The position numbers and the translations under genes are program-made. From IMG/VR virus record IMGVR_UViG_3300022916_000894: a stretch of DNA of 64,000 bases; one strand, 5' to 3'. This document shows positions 42,298 through 52,352 of this stretch, piece by piece. How positions within the stretch are numbered: the first letter of the stretch is position 1; the number at the start of each line of letters is the position of its first letter. This DNA is from a virus. Taxonomy: Duplodnaviria > Heunggongvirae > Uroviricota > Caudoviricetes. The notes under the pieces were generated by a model. The model did not search any database. It was not told the DNA's origin and worked only from the letters and a program-made list of their open reading frames with translations.

Positions 42298-42642
42298 TTA
42301 TTTCTTTTCTCTTTCTGGTGCCCCAAGGGATTCCATACAAGCGACACCTAAAGCGGCCACTTTTCTGATTTGGTGCAATGCTCGTTCTTTAGTGCAATCA
42401 CCAGTTGCCTCTTCTCTTGCCTTTTTGATATATTCTTCCATCCAAAGAACCCAACATTCAACAGGTTTGTCTTTGTCCATCTGTGTTTCATTATCATTCC
42501 CATTAAGACGTTTGTTGTCCCAATAATTCTGATATTCTCTTTCACTGTCGATTGCTTTGTATACTTGTTCTCTTGTAGGCATTTTATTTCTCCCTATTTG
42601 GCGCCCCGTGGTTTTCCATGGCTCGTGTTGCAATCCCGGCAA
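42298..42642 (-). CDS. Hypothetical protein, paralog A, containing the REQVYKAIDSEREYQ motif
   Basis: It shares a motif block with the ORF at 42584..43033. Confidence 0.35.
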   Translation of the reverse strand: MPGLQHEPWKTTGRQIGRNKMPTREQVYKAIDSEREYQNYWDNKRLNGNDNETQMDKDKPVECWVLWMEEYIKKAREEATGDCTKERALHQIRKVAALGVACMESLGAPEREKK

Positions 42643-43033
42643 TTTTACGAATTACGTTCATTGTGGGTTGCTCTTCAGGATCACCAAAAGTTTCTGTAAA
42701 AGTATTTCTTGCTCGTCCAACATATTCTTCTAACAATATTAATTCAGAAGCAACACTCGGGGCTTCACTTACGCCGTCCATCGAGTCTTGGTATTCCCTT
42801 TCGCTGTCGATTGCTTTGTATACTTGTTCTCTAGCCATTTGTCTCTCCTTTTTATCTATTTGTAATTGTTCATATATTCGTCCCATGTAGTCTTTCCACC
42901 CTTTGGGGTCACATATTGGACAAATATAACCATTATCATTATCAACCTCTATCATGGTATTGTCGCAAATTACACAGATGGGGATATAATCTACCATTGT
43001 TTTCTCCTCAGATGTTACATGACCATTGTACAA
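42584..43033 (-). CDS. Hypothetical protein, paralog B, with a Zn-ribbon N-terminus followed by the REQVYKAIDSEREYQ motif
   Basis: CVIC...CPIC, then the shared block. Confidence 0.35.
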   Translation of the reverse strand: MYNGHVTSEEKTMVDYIPICVICDNTMIEVDNDNGYICPICDPKGWKDYMGRIYEQLQIDKKERQMAREQVYKAIDSEREYQDSMDGVSEAPSVASELILLEEYVGRARNTFTETFGDPEEQPTMNVIRKIAGIATRAMENHGAPNREK

Positions 43034-43055
43034 GATTGTTCAGCACCAACAGAGA

Positions 43056-44159
43056 TTATTTAATCTTGAACTCAGCAGCATTCATGCCAGAAAGCTTGAA
43101 AGATGGAGTGAATTGTTTGGATTGGCTATCAGGATAAATCAATTTTATTCCCATTTTCTTCGCCTCTTTGATTTTATAGTCTTCTACGTCATATAGATAA
43201 CGACTTGGTAAACTGTCTATTAAAATACTACTGTGAGTAGTCATAATAAATTGCTTATCAGGAAATGTATCCAATATCTTTTTAATCATTTGCCTGTGTC
43301 TCTTTGCATAGACATGCATTACAGAATTATCGATAAGAATCAAATCGAATTCTTCCATATAAGTAGGATCACAAAGATGGCGAATCAATGTCGCAATCTT
43401 CTTTTCTCCGTCTGACATACGTTTGAAATGAACTCTATCTCCCCACGGCTTTGTTAAAACGCAATCAGTAAAGAAATATTCATTTACTATATTTCCATTT
43501 TCATCAATTTCCCCATCGATATTATTTACTTTTTTCTCTAAAGAGCATTTGTATCCATAAATAGTTTCAGCCAAATCAATAAACATTTTTTCCTTCTCAA
43601 CTGGCAACTGAAATTTGGCCATATTATTTGGATTGTCTGCGTCTATAAAATAGTCAAAAGAAATAGCACCCATGCCTGCTGACAGTTCATTTTTCTTTAC
43701 GCCTCTTGTAGTAACTATTACTTCTTTGTCCCCGTCGTTAGTGGAGAATACACCAGTTATTTCCATTTCTTCAAGATCACCAATAACTTTTTTCAGAAAT
43801 TCAGGATCGTGTGTTTCCAATCCTGGCATCTTATTCGCCTGATTATTAGTGTTATCAATAACTATTCTACCTTTTTTGTCTTTTTTGATATGGTCAGCAT
43901 AAGCTATCGTATACTCTTGAGTTGTGGGATTGTAATCAGGATCGTATGTATATTTACGCCATGTCAATGACATATCTCTGCGAGAAAATCTTGATGCAGC
44001 AGACAAAAGTTGGATTGCTTCTAATAAATTGGATTTACCAGAACCATTTGGTCCTACAAACATTGCTAATTTGTTTATTTGATTATTTCCAGTAAAATCA
44101 AAAAATATATCTCGATATCCGCAATAGTTTTTTAGATGGATACTCTTAATCTTTGTCAT
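43056..44159 (-). CDS. ABC/AAA_21-like ATPase (RecF/SbcC/OLD-like head)
   Basis: N-terminal Walker A reads VGPNGSGKSNLLEAI. The C-terminal part carries LILIDNSVMH and TTHSS. Confidence 0.55.
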   Translation of the reverse strand: MTKIKSIHLKNYCGYRDIFFDFTGNNQINKLAMFVGPNGSGKSNLLEAIQLLSAASRFSRRDMSLTWRKYTYDPDYNPTTQEYTIAYADHIKKDKKGRIVIDNTNNQANKMPGLETHDPEFLKKVIGDLEEMEITGVFSTNDGDKEVIVTTRGVKKNELSAGMGAISFDYFIDADNPNNMAKFQLPVEKEKMFIDLAETIYGYKCSLEKKVNNIDGEIDENGNIVNEYFFTDCVLTKPWGDRVHFKRMSDGEKKIATLIRHLCDPTYMEEFDLILIDNSVMHVYAKRHRQMIKKILDTFPDKQFIMTTHSSILIDSLPSRYLYDVEDYKIKEAKKMGIKLIYPDSQSKQFTPSFKLSGMNAAEFKIK

Positions 44160-44221
44160 ACGAATCTCCTTGCTCCACTTGTTTAATCGGTATGACGATA
44201 ATATAGGTATGAGGTATCACC

Positions 44222-44509
44222 ATGGGAAGAAAAAGAAAACTTATCAATCGAGAAGTAGATAAATCAGCAGCAAAGAAATGTCCAATCTGTGACGACAAAG
44301 ATATTGATGTATTAGAATATCACCGCATTGTACCCGGCAAGGATGGTGGAACATACATACCGTCTAATGTCGTAATATGTTGTAGTTCATGTCACACGCT
44401 AATCCATAAAGATAGAATCCAAATCAAAGGATGGTTTGAATCAACGGGCGGCAAGGTGTTGATCATTATTAAAGACGGTAAAGAGAAAATTATTCAATCT
44501 TTTTTGTAG
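44222..44509 (+). CDS. Small HNH endonuclease
   Basis: CPICDD...EYHRIVP...CCSSCHTLIH. Confidence 0.6.
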   Translation: MGRKRKLINREVDKSAAKKCPICDDKDIDVLEYHRIVPGKDGGTYIPSNVVICCSSCHTLIHKDRIQIKGWFESTGGKVLIIIKDGKEKIIQSFL

Positions 44510-45120
44510 GATTTTATCTCTTCCACCAACTTGTCAATTGTTTCGTCTACATCAATATCACCATCTTCTAGGGAACAAGGATTCGGCCACAAAAATGCGT
44601 GACCACCAGCTTCTCTAAAAGCATCAATTTTTTTGTAACTATCATCAATCAAAATAGTGTTTTTGGTGGCACAGCGATATTTATCTTTGCAAATGATTAA
44701 TTTCTCGATATCGCCGAAATTGTTTTGTATCCACACCATTTTGCCACTTGGTGCATCAGTGCAAACGCCTGGCGACGTAAGAATATATACATTACCATGC
44801 TTTTGCATTGTGTCAAAAAGCTTCTTAGCCCAAGGATATTGGTCTAGAGATTCCCAAAAGCTTTGTCCTTCTGCCATTACATTGTCCCAAACATCTTCCC
44901 CATATCCTTTGATGTCATCGAGATATGCTCCTTTTTTGAGTTCATCACGAATTTCTGGGATTTTTATATCAAGGCCAGAAATTTCACAAGCTCTTTCTGT
45001 CCATGCAGTTAAGACACCATCCATATCGAGATAGATGATGAATTCTTTTTTCTTTTTGGGTGAAGCTAATTTAATTTCGTTGGGGCATTTGATGTTTACC
45101 ATGTTTTTTATTTTCCTCAA
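44494..45120 (-). CDS. HAD-superfamily 5'(3')-deoxyribonucleotidase-like hydrolase
   Basis: HAD motif I is YLDMDGVLT. Downstream elements read ILIDDSYK. Confidence 0.55.
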   Translation of the reverse strand: MRKIKNMVNIKCPNEIKLASPKKKKEFIIYLDMDGVLTAWTERACEISGLDIKIPEIRDELKKGAYLDDIKGYGEDVWDNVMAEGQSFWESLDQYPWAKKLFDTMQKHGNVYILTSPGVCTDAPSGKMVWIQNNFGDIEKLIICKDKYRCATKNTILIDDSYKKIDAFREAGGHAFLWPNPCSLEDGDIDVDETIDKLVEEIKSYKKD

Positions 45121-45480
45121 CTATTATTTCTTTTACTATCATTTTCTTAATAAACCTTTCAGTGCCCTCTAATGGCTCATATTCTTGAACTCTCGGGTTT
45201 TCTTCAAACATTTTTTTGAATACTTTTAGAGGAAAAGCAATCGTCGCTTTATTTTTTGTAGTATCACACTCTAAAAGCTTAATACTCCATAAATTGCACA
45301 TATCTTGTAGCGTAGATGCACTTTCATCATATGGGTATACTAAGTATACAGTCGTTTTCACAAAAATTTTATCTTTTTTCTTCACGAGTTTCTCATTATA
45401 TTATATCGAGCAATCACCGTAAAGTTTACAAGGAAAAATAAAAAACACATTGAATTAAATTAATAAGGAGTTATACAGAC

Positions 45481-48400
45481 ATGGGTAGAGACAGAAATAG
45501 TAGTAAAAGAGAGTATTGGCGTGTTACTAATACTACTAGCAGTATGATTAGTATAGGCGATTTGCCATATGTTCCGACATTTAATCCAAATGATACTCAT
45601 GATTTATTGAGATATTATACACCATCTGAAATCGGACAGTCAGAAGATTTGCGATCATTATTAAATAGTGGTCAATTCAGATTGGTTAAAAATAAGGATT
45701 CAGATAGAACCAGATTAAGTGTTTCTAAAGCCGAAACAGGCGTTGTGTCTGTTGAAGAAAATGAACTTGATCCATACGCATTAAGCGATAATGTGTATAC
45801 AAAAGATCAAACATATACAAAAACTGAAGTTGATGCAGAAATAGCAGAGATCACTGTAGATGTCGATGGGAAAGCAGATAAAGTATCAGCACCTGTAATC
45901 GGAGATTTTGCGGGTTTAGATGGAACGGGTAATTTGACCAACTCTGGTAATGGACCAGACGATTATTATACTAAGACTGAAATTAATGCATTGACCTACG
46001 ATCATGAATCATTAACAGGATTGCAGGGCGGCGCTGTGGGCGATCATAAGCATTTAACGGCTGCTCAAGAAACTAATTTAACCGGAGGACAGCCCACCTT
46101 TGTTGGTGTCACGATCAGTGGTAGTATTGATGACAATACTGATGCTGCAACAAAAGGATATGTAGACGGGGCCGTGGCTGGTGCTAGTGCGTGGTTAGAA
46201 GCGGTTCTTGATTTCCACGATGCATCAGGTGCGTTGCCGGGTGGCCCCGGTGTCGGAGATAGATATATTTGTTCTGTATCTGGCAACGGTTGGACCGCAG
46301 ACAATGTATATGAATACAATGGAGCGACATGGGATGAAACAGTAGTTGTCTCTGGTAATTCAACTTATATAGATTCCGAAAGTTCTGCTTATATTTTTAA
46401 TGGCACCGATTGGGTAAAAGCTGGTGGTATATCTGACCACAATAGTTTGAGTGGCCTACAAGGTGGAGAAGCTGCTAATTATTGGCATCTAAAAGAAGAC
46501 GCTAAAGATTTTGCAGAATCAGTAAGCATTTCAGGTGTCGCCGCACATGAATTCTTACAATATAATTCAGTAACTGGTAAATGGGAGAATGTAGCTGATG
46601 CTACGGAAGTAACGCTGATAAATGTGAGTACCGATTTAGATGCCGCAGGCACAGTCACTGGCGTGTTCCTTGTTGATACGACTGCTGGTGATATCACAAT
46701 TACTATCTCCAACAGTGCTGCTACGAATAACGGCGATAGGATGTCGTTCTATAAGCACACAGATGACGCAAACCAAGTTATTGTCACAACTGTGGGCGGC
46801 GTGCAAGAAATAGGTGGATACACATCGCAGACAATAAGTAAGAACCATCAAGGCTTCACTATTACCAGCTATTGGTCTGGTGCTACTGGCATATGGGCTA
46901 TGGTCGGTGATAATCGCATGTCCGAACAGATCGTAACAGTATCCACGGTGGATGGAGAGGCCGAATATACAACAATCGCCGATGCGATTGCTCAGATCAA
47001 CGCGTTGGGAGATGCTTCATCTGCCAAGCGGTATGTAATCCAATTAACCCCAGGCACGTTTGTAGAAGCCCCGTTTACCGTCCCTGATTATGTTTCAATT
47101 ATGGGGGTAAACGATGAATGTACATTTATTGAAGCGTCTAATAATAATGCCACGTTTATTACGCTTGGGCATGATGCGGTTCTCTATAATTTAAGAGTAG
47201 ACGGACCTACAGGAGATATCGCCGCTTATTCTGACGATGAAGCTGAAATTGTGCGTTGTGTTTTTCAAAATGCTGAAACTTGTGTTCAGTCGGACACGGC
47301 CAATGGCAATATAACAGTTGAGGAGACAAAATTCAAATCAAGTTGCACCAATGGTTTACATTCTACCAATAGCGGCTGGATTGGTGCATCTAATATATTC
47401 TCAAGTGCTACAGGGAATGCCTTTTTTGCTGATGGCGGCACGTTATTGATTCACAACAGCTTTAGTAGTGGTGCAACTAACCACCTTTATTGCGATAATG
47501 ATGGAACGCTACATCCTCATCTTGTTAATTGTCTAGGCGGAACAAACGTGGCAAGAACTGGGCTTAACGGAACTTTGAACACTATTCACGGAGTAAGTAT
47601 TACAGCAGATGATAATAGCACTTGGCATATTTTGCAAGAAGCAGCATCAGGTGATTTTCACCTAACTTCGTGCATATTCTTGGCCACAAAACTTTCAATG
47701 ACCGATCCAGATAACGTAAAAATAGACTTCAATAGTGATCTAGAAGGAGACGAAGGACATTTATTCCTAGAGGAAGTCCAAGTCGGTACTCCAGAGAAGG
47801 GCAGAGAGACGGTACTCGGTGAGGGCGACAGCTATACAAGAGGAATGCTTGTTTATACTGAAACCGCCGGGAATGTTTTTGTGGACGTAAGTGCAGAAGC
47901 AGCTAGTGCTAGTGGCTCTACTTTTACGTTTACAGGTGTCGCTCAAGATAATGCAATTTATGTGTCATCTGATTTGCAGGATGCCACAGACTACAAACAG
48001 TTTCTTGGTATTAAAGTGTCTATAGCGACTGCCACCGTTCCTGGAGCAGGTGGAATTATAGCTGAATACTGGGATGGAACTGTGGGTGGTGGTTCATGGG
48101 TTGAATTTAATCAAATGAGTGCAGCCTCGAATAGCCCATATACACAATATGGTAATGCAATATTTGAGAGAGTAAGTTCAGAACAAATTCGTTTTGATGA
48201 TCTTACTGATAGTACGCGATTTGATTGGGCAAAAAGTGACCCACCAACAACTGGGACCAGTAGATTTTGGATTAGATTTAGAATTGCTACCGCAATTACT
48301 ACCGCTCCGATTTTTCAACAATTTAAAGTTCATACAAATAGAACTGAAATTAATGCTGATGGTTTTATAGAGCATATGGGAGCCGCAAGAGACACGAGAA

Positions 48401-48909
48401 CCATTGAAGGGATTAATCTAGGAAATACCTATGAAGTTGACGGATTCGCCCCTAAAGACAACAATGTTGATTTTGGGGCAATTATTAATCTTAAGGTGAA
48501 AAAGAATGAATTTCAAGATGGCAGCATAGATGGGTTCGGTCAGGCGATCCCTGTGCTTTCTGGGTTAGATACATCTTTACCGCTAACATATGTCGTGCGA
48601 TGGGCACCAAATTCCGATGAAGCATCTGGGGATGTGGCACTCGACTTCGTGTATGGGCAAGCGGTAGTGGGTACAATTTTGGATGGAACAAATACAGAAA
48701 CAACCATTACGGATGTAACCACTACTGTATTAAATAGTTCTGATGAGATATATGAATCGAGATATGAGTTTTCGGTACCTGATTCATTGCCAGAGCAAGG
48801 TTTATTTTTCGTATTGAGACGAGATGCAAATGGTGGTGCGACTGGCGATAATTATGGTGGTGATATTTACATTGTAAATGTTGAATTGCTTGGCACCTTC
48901 TGGCATTAA
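45481..48909 (+). CDS. Large tail-fibre / receptor-binding-like protein with beta-helix-type repeats
   Basis: 1142 aa, G/T/S/N-rich repetitive segments. It is the only long plus-strand gene in the window. TAAGGAG precedes the ATG. Confidence 0.45.
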   Translation: MGRDRNSSKREYWRVTNTTSSMISIGDLPYVPTFNPNDTHDLLRYYTPSEIGQSEDLRSLLNSGQFRLVKNKDSDRTRLSVSKAETGVVSVEENELDPYALSDNVYTKDQTYTKTEVDAEIAEITVDVDGKADKVSAPVIGDFAGLDGTGNLTNSGNGPDDYYTKTEINALTYDHESLTGLQGGAVGDHKHLTAAQETNLTGGQPTFVGVTISGSIDDNTDAATKGYVDGAVAGASAWLEAVLDFHDASGALPGGPGVGDRYICSVSGNGWTADNVYEYNGATWDETVVVSGNSTYIDSESSAYIFNGTDWVKAGGISDHNSLSGLQGGEAANYWHLKEDAKDFAESVSISGVAAHEFLQYNSVTGKWENVADATEVTLINVSTDLDAAGTVTGVFLVDTTAGDITITISNSAATNNGDRMSFYKHTDDANQVIVTTVGGVQEIGGYTSQTISKNHQGFTITSYWSGATGIWAMVGDNRMSEQIVTVSTVDGEAEYTTIADAIAQINALGDASSAKRYVIQLTPGTFVEAPFTVPDYVSIMGVNDECTFIEASNNNATFITLGHDAVLYNLRVDGPTGDIAAYSDDEAEIVRCVFQNAETCVQSDTANGNITVEETKFKSSCTNGLHSTNSGWIGASNIFSSATGNAFFADGGTLLIHNSFSSGATNHLYCDNDGTLHPHLVNCLGGTNVARTGLNGTLNTIHGVSITADDNSTWHILQEAASGDFHLTSCIFLATKLSMTDPDNVKIDFNSDLEGDEGHLFLEEVQVGTPEKGRETVLGEGDSYTRGMLVYTETAGNVFVDVSAEAASASGSTFTFTGVAQDNAIYVSSDLQDATDYKQFLGIKVSIATATVPGAGGIIAEYWDGTVGGGSWVEFNQMSAASNSPYTQYGNAIFERVSSEQIRFDDLTDSTRFDWAKSDPPTTGTSRFWIRFRIATAITTAPIFQQFKVHTNRTEINADGFIEHMGAARDTRTIEGINLGNTYEVDGFAPKDNNVDFGAIINLKVKKNEFQDGSIDGFGQAIPVLSGLDTSLPLTYVVRWAPNSDEASGDVALDFVYGQAVVGTILDGTNTETTITDVTTTVLNSSDEIYESRYEFSVPDSLPEQGLFFVLRRDANGGATGDNYGGDIYIVNVELLGTFWH

Positions 48910-48918
48910 GGAGGAATA

Positions 48919-49323
48919 TTGAAAAATCTAATCCCAAATTTATGTCGGGGGTGTGCAGCATGCTGTAAATGTCGGGTGACATTAACTGATATTGATATTG
49001 AACGAATAGAAGCTGCTGATATTAATGTAAATGAAGTCTCACAACGACATGACGTACTGCAAATCCGTGGGACTAACGAAGATTTAATTAATGTTTTAAT
49101 GCTCAATACATGCGATGATGGATATTGTGTATTATGTGAGGCTGAAACACATGATTGTACAATTTATAAAAATAGACCTCAAGAATGTCGTGATTTCGAA
49201 TATCGTGGAGATAGGTGTCGTGGTGCATGCGATGGCAGTATACATACCACTGTCACATCTGAAGAAATGTCACATAACATTTTAAAGGCAATGTCTTTAA
49301 TGTATAATAAGAATATGGTTTAA
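48919..49323 (+). CDS. YkgJ-like Cys-rich (CxxCxxCC) putative metal-binding protein
   Basis: CRGCAACCKC plus further Cys clusters. Confidence 0.4.
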   Translation: MKNLIPNLCRGCAACCKCRVTLTDIDIERIEAADINVNEVSQRHDVLQIRGTNEDLINVLMLNTCDDGYCVLCEAETHDCTIYKNRPQECRDFEYRGDRCRGACDGSIHTTVTSEEMSHNILKAMSLMYNKNMV

Positions 49324-50192
49324 GATAAACTTTCTAGCTTTGCTTTTCTCGCCAAAACCAATTTCCTCTTATCTTCTGGCATATCATCTTCTGCCAAAAG
49401 CGTGTCACAACCATCAATGAAGAATGGAATTGCGAATTTTTCTGTATATATTCTATCTTCTTCTTTTCTATCTTTAACTGTTTTCAGGAAACCTTTAAAT
49501 TCATCAAAGTAACTTCCATAGATATGGAATGAATCAGCGATATGCACATATTCACCTGGTTCTACTCCGACTTGTTCGGCAACATATTTTTGCAATTCAA
49601 TAAATGCATACATATTCATAAATCCAGCTTTATATGCGTCATTGCTACGAATGTGAATATTCATGTTCAGTTTTCCATCTTGTACTCTGAACCACAATCT
49701 CTGTAAACAAGCAGGATCATGAATGCCTAAATCTTCCCATGCTTTCCACGTAACTGCTTGTGCCCTTCTGGTATATCCACATTTCTTTAGCATTTCTATG
49801 CATCTACCTACTTGATTAATGATAGAGTCTGGCATAGGCAATTGTCCAGTGAAGCCATCTGCAATATTTCGTGGAACATTGTATTCAAATAATCTCTGAT
49901 GATATGTATATTCCCATTTACCGGCAACAGGGTCTACCCAATGATTGTGAACACCGTATAAGACTTCTGCTCTATATTTCTCTAAATCATCTAACCCGCC
50001 TGGAAATGCCCTATGAATTCTAGGCTCAGAAAATGGCTCTGTAACATGAATAAGGGCGACAACGTCTCTGCTGTTTGGATCATTAGGCTTGTCATATTCA
50101 GTGGGAAAACTTTCCCCTTGTTTCCAACATGCTAAAACTGCCTTTTCCCATGCCATCGGAAGTGTTTTTTCTACGATATGAATACTTTTCAT
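49320..50192 (-). CDS. Thymidylate synthase (ThyA) family enzyme, either a thymidylate synthase or a pyrimidine hydroxymethylase
   Basis: The active-site region PACLQRLWFRV is ThyA-like (compare PCH..FQFYV). IRSNDAYKAGFMNMYAFIEL resembles RS(A/G)D.FLG.PFNIASY. Confidence 0.6.
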   Translation of the reverse strand: MKSIHIVEKTLPMAWEKAVLACWKQGESFPTEYDKPNDPNSRDVVALIHVTEPFSEPRIHRAFPGGLDDLEKYRAEVLYGVHNHWVDPVAGKWEYTYHQRLFEYNVPRNIADGFTGQLPMPDSIINQVGRCIEMLKKCGYTRRAQAVTWKAWEDLGIHDPACLQRLWFRVQDGKLNMNIHIRSNDAYKAGFMNMYAFIELQKYVAEQVGVEPGEYVHIADSFHIYGSYFDEFKGFLKTVKDRKEEDRIYTEKFAIPFFIDGCDTLLAEDDMPEDKRKLVLARKAKLESLS

Positions 50193-50886
50193 TGTCTTGA
50201 ACCTTTCATTATTTTAATTTAACTACAAATAATTGACCAATTTCGGAATAATCTGGCGGATTAAAATCTTTCAGATTCATACATGTTCCACCCCTAATAT
50301 ACATCTTTAATTGATCTTTAAAATTTTTTGTGTCAACACTACCGTTCGCCAAACACCAATGAATCTGTAAAAGATATTTCTTCCAGTTATCATAATTCCA
50401 ATTGGTGTAATGTATTTTTGGTATTTCAAAATCATCAATATATTTTTCGATGTAATCAAATCTCTTCTTCCACTCTGCATCTCGTTTATCAGTCATGGAC
50501 TTGATAATCTTATTGCATTCTTTCTTGGTATCAAATGAATCAATGCATTCCACTCCTTCTATATCATCATAACATTGCCACACTTGAATTACAGCATATT
50601 TTTTCATTTCTTTGGACAACATGCTTTTGCTTCTTTCATGATTGTAACTATATTATTTTCTATCATATCCAATTTGATTACTGCTACGGAAATTCCTACG
50701 TTCATGTTTTCAATTTGCTTGTCTCTTTTCTCAATCTCTTTTTCTAAGTACAATGCTCTACGAAACCAATAATTCTCACAAGGATGTTTATTTGCTTTTT
50801 CCTCTGCTATTGCTCTAGCGGCTTCGTTCTCTTTTATGAGTCTTTTGTTCTCTTTGAGAAGTTCTTTGTTTTCTTTTTTTAATTGT

Positions 50887-51663
50887 TTATCTGTTTTTTC
50901 TTCGTTTTGCATTTCTTTTGGCCTTTTTTATGTTATTTTTACGAGTTACCCAACCTTTTTTGGCGGCTTCTGAACGGTTAGCGAAAATTTGCTTATTATA
51001 TTTCTCTACATAATCATCGAGAAGAGAAGAGGCTTCTGTAGACATCTGATTTTCATTGTTCTTGTTTTTGGGAAGCTTTTTATTTTCCGCTTCATCCATA
51101 TCGATTCTTATTGGCCCTTGTGCTTTTTTAGGATCATCTATGGTGTTCAATTTACTTTTTAATCTATGTAACATTTCACTGGTAATAGGAGTATTGCTCC
51201 TCTCAACCAAATTGTGTTCCAAAAGCGAATGCCTATCTAAAACAATTACATTCGGAGTATTAGCTGGCTTATAGCTCAATGGAGACAAACCGGAATCACG
51301 CATCTTTTCTGTGTCTAGAATTGAATCTGGTGTTTCGCAAAATGGAATTTCCCTATTAGTATTTATAACAATTGTACCGTCCTCTAGCGTCATATTATTA
51401 ACAACGGCCATAATGATATCAGACGATCTCTCAATAACACTAGTAAACATAGCTTTTTGCATTTCTTTATATTCTCCGTCTAAATCGGCTGAACAAATTC
51501 CTGCTACCAAGTTACCGACTTGATATAAATGATTAGTAATCACTTGCTGTTTCATATCAATATCTTCTTGGGTAACTATTTTTGTGCCTTTAGGGGCAAT
51601 AATATTTTCTCTAGGAATTGATGCTGTTGCTACTTTTTGTTCTTTTGTGGTTTTCCTTTTCAT
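50887..51663 (-). CDS. Hypothetical protein
   Basis: ORF only. Confidence 0.3.
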   Translation of the reverse strand: MKRKTTKEQKVATASIPRENIIAPKGTKIVTQEDIDMKQQVITNHLYQVGNLVAGICSADLDGEYKEMQKAMFTSVIERSSDIIMAVVNNMTLEDGTIVINTNREIPFCETPDSILDTEKMRDSGLSPLSYKPANTPNVIVLDRHSLLEHNLVERSNTPITSEMLHRLKSKLNTIDDPKKAQGPIRIDMDEAENKKLPKNKNNENQMSTEASSLLDDYVEKYNKQIFANRSEAAKKGWVTRKNNIKKAKRNAKRRKNR

Positions 51664-51752
51664 TAGAATTCTCCTTATCTATAGAAGGGTTTTATATACT
51701 TTCACTGAATACAGGACTAGTATAAGTGTAAATTTATCACCAACAGAGAAAT

Positions 51753-52337
51753 ATGAACTGGTTTATAAAAGCACAACAAAATATAGGGCTTGAATATCAA
51801 CAATTGATGGAACAAGCCAAAGCAATCGAGATCACTGGCACCGGTCAAAGTGAGAATATCGCAATACCAGGTTCAGGAGTCACGATTTCTGCCTATCAAC
51901 TACTAGATGAAGTAAAAACTCGTATAGCACCTATTCTTATAGAAAATAATGTCAAAAAAATAGACACTAGCCCAATTGCCGATGCTTCTGCTCAAGGGTT
52001 AGCAATCAGCCATGAACCTGGCGTAATCCATGTCGATGTCAAAAAGGTATTTGATAATGCCAAACATTCACTACCTCCTACAGCACAAATGGACGGAATA
52101 GAAACTGACCCAGATATCGTCAACAGCCTTATCCAACAAGTAGGCTCTTGGATATTGGGAGAATTGCTAGAAACAGCCGCACATGAAAGCGCCCATGTCA
52201 GAGACTATGGTAGTGCCATCCAGTCTGGACAACCGTTTACAAGCGTACAGGAAGGCCCAGCAGAACAGTTCGGACAACAAACTAGACAACAGCAAGATTC
52301 TGCTGTACAACCTTTCTTAAGAAGTTTACCATACTAA
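51753..52337 (+). CDS. Hypothetical protein with an MNWF N-terminus
   Basis: ORF. It shares an N-terminal motif with four other proteins in the window. Confidence 0.35.
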   Translation: MNWFIKAQQNIGLEYQQLMEQAKAIEITGTGQSENIAIPGSGVTISAYQLLDEVKTRIAPILIENNVKKIDTSPIADASAQGLAISHEPGVIHVDVKKVFDNAKHSLPPTAQMDGIETDPDIVNSLIQQVGSWILGELLETAAHESAHVRDYGSAIQSGQPFTSVQEGPAEQFGQQTRQQQDSAVQPFLRSLPY

Positions 52338-52352
52338 TCCGATCTTAAATGT

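Noticed and set aside
45385-45480. Promoter upstream of the tail-fibre gene
   Set aside because: Only a ribosome-binding site (TAAGGAG) is clear. No convincing -35/-10 pair was found in this AT-rich spacer
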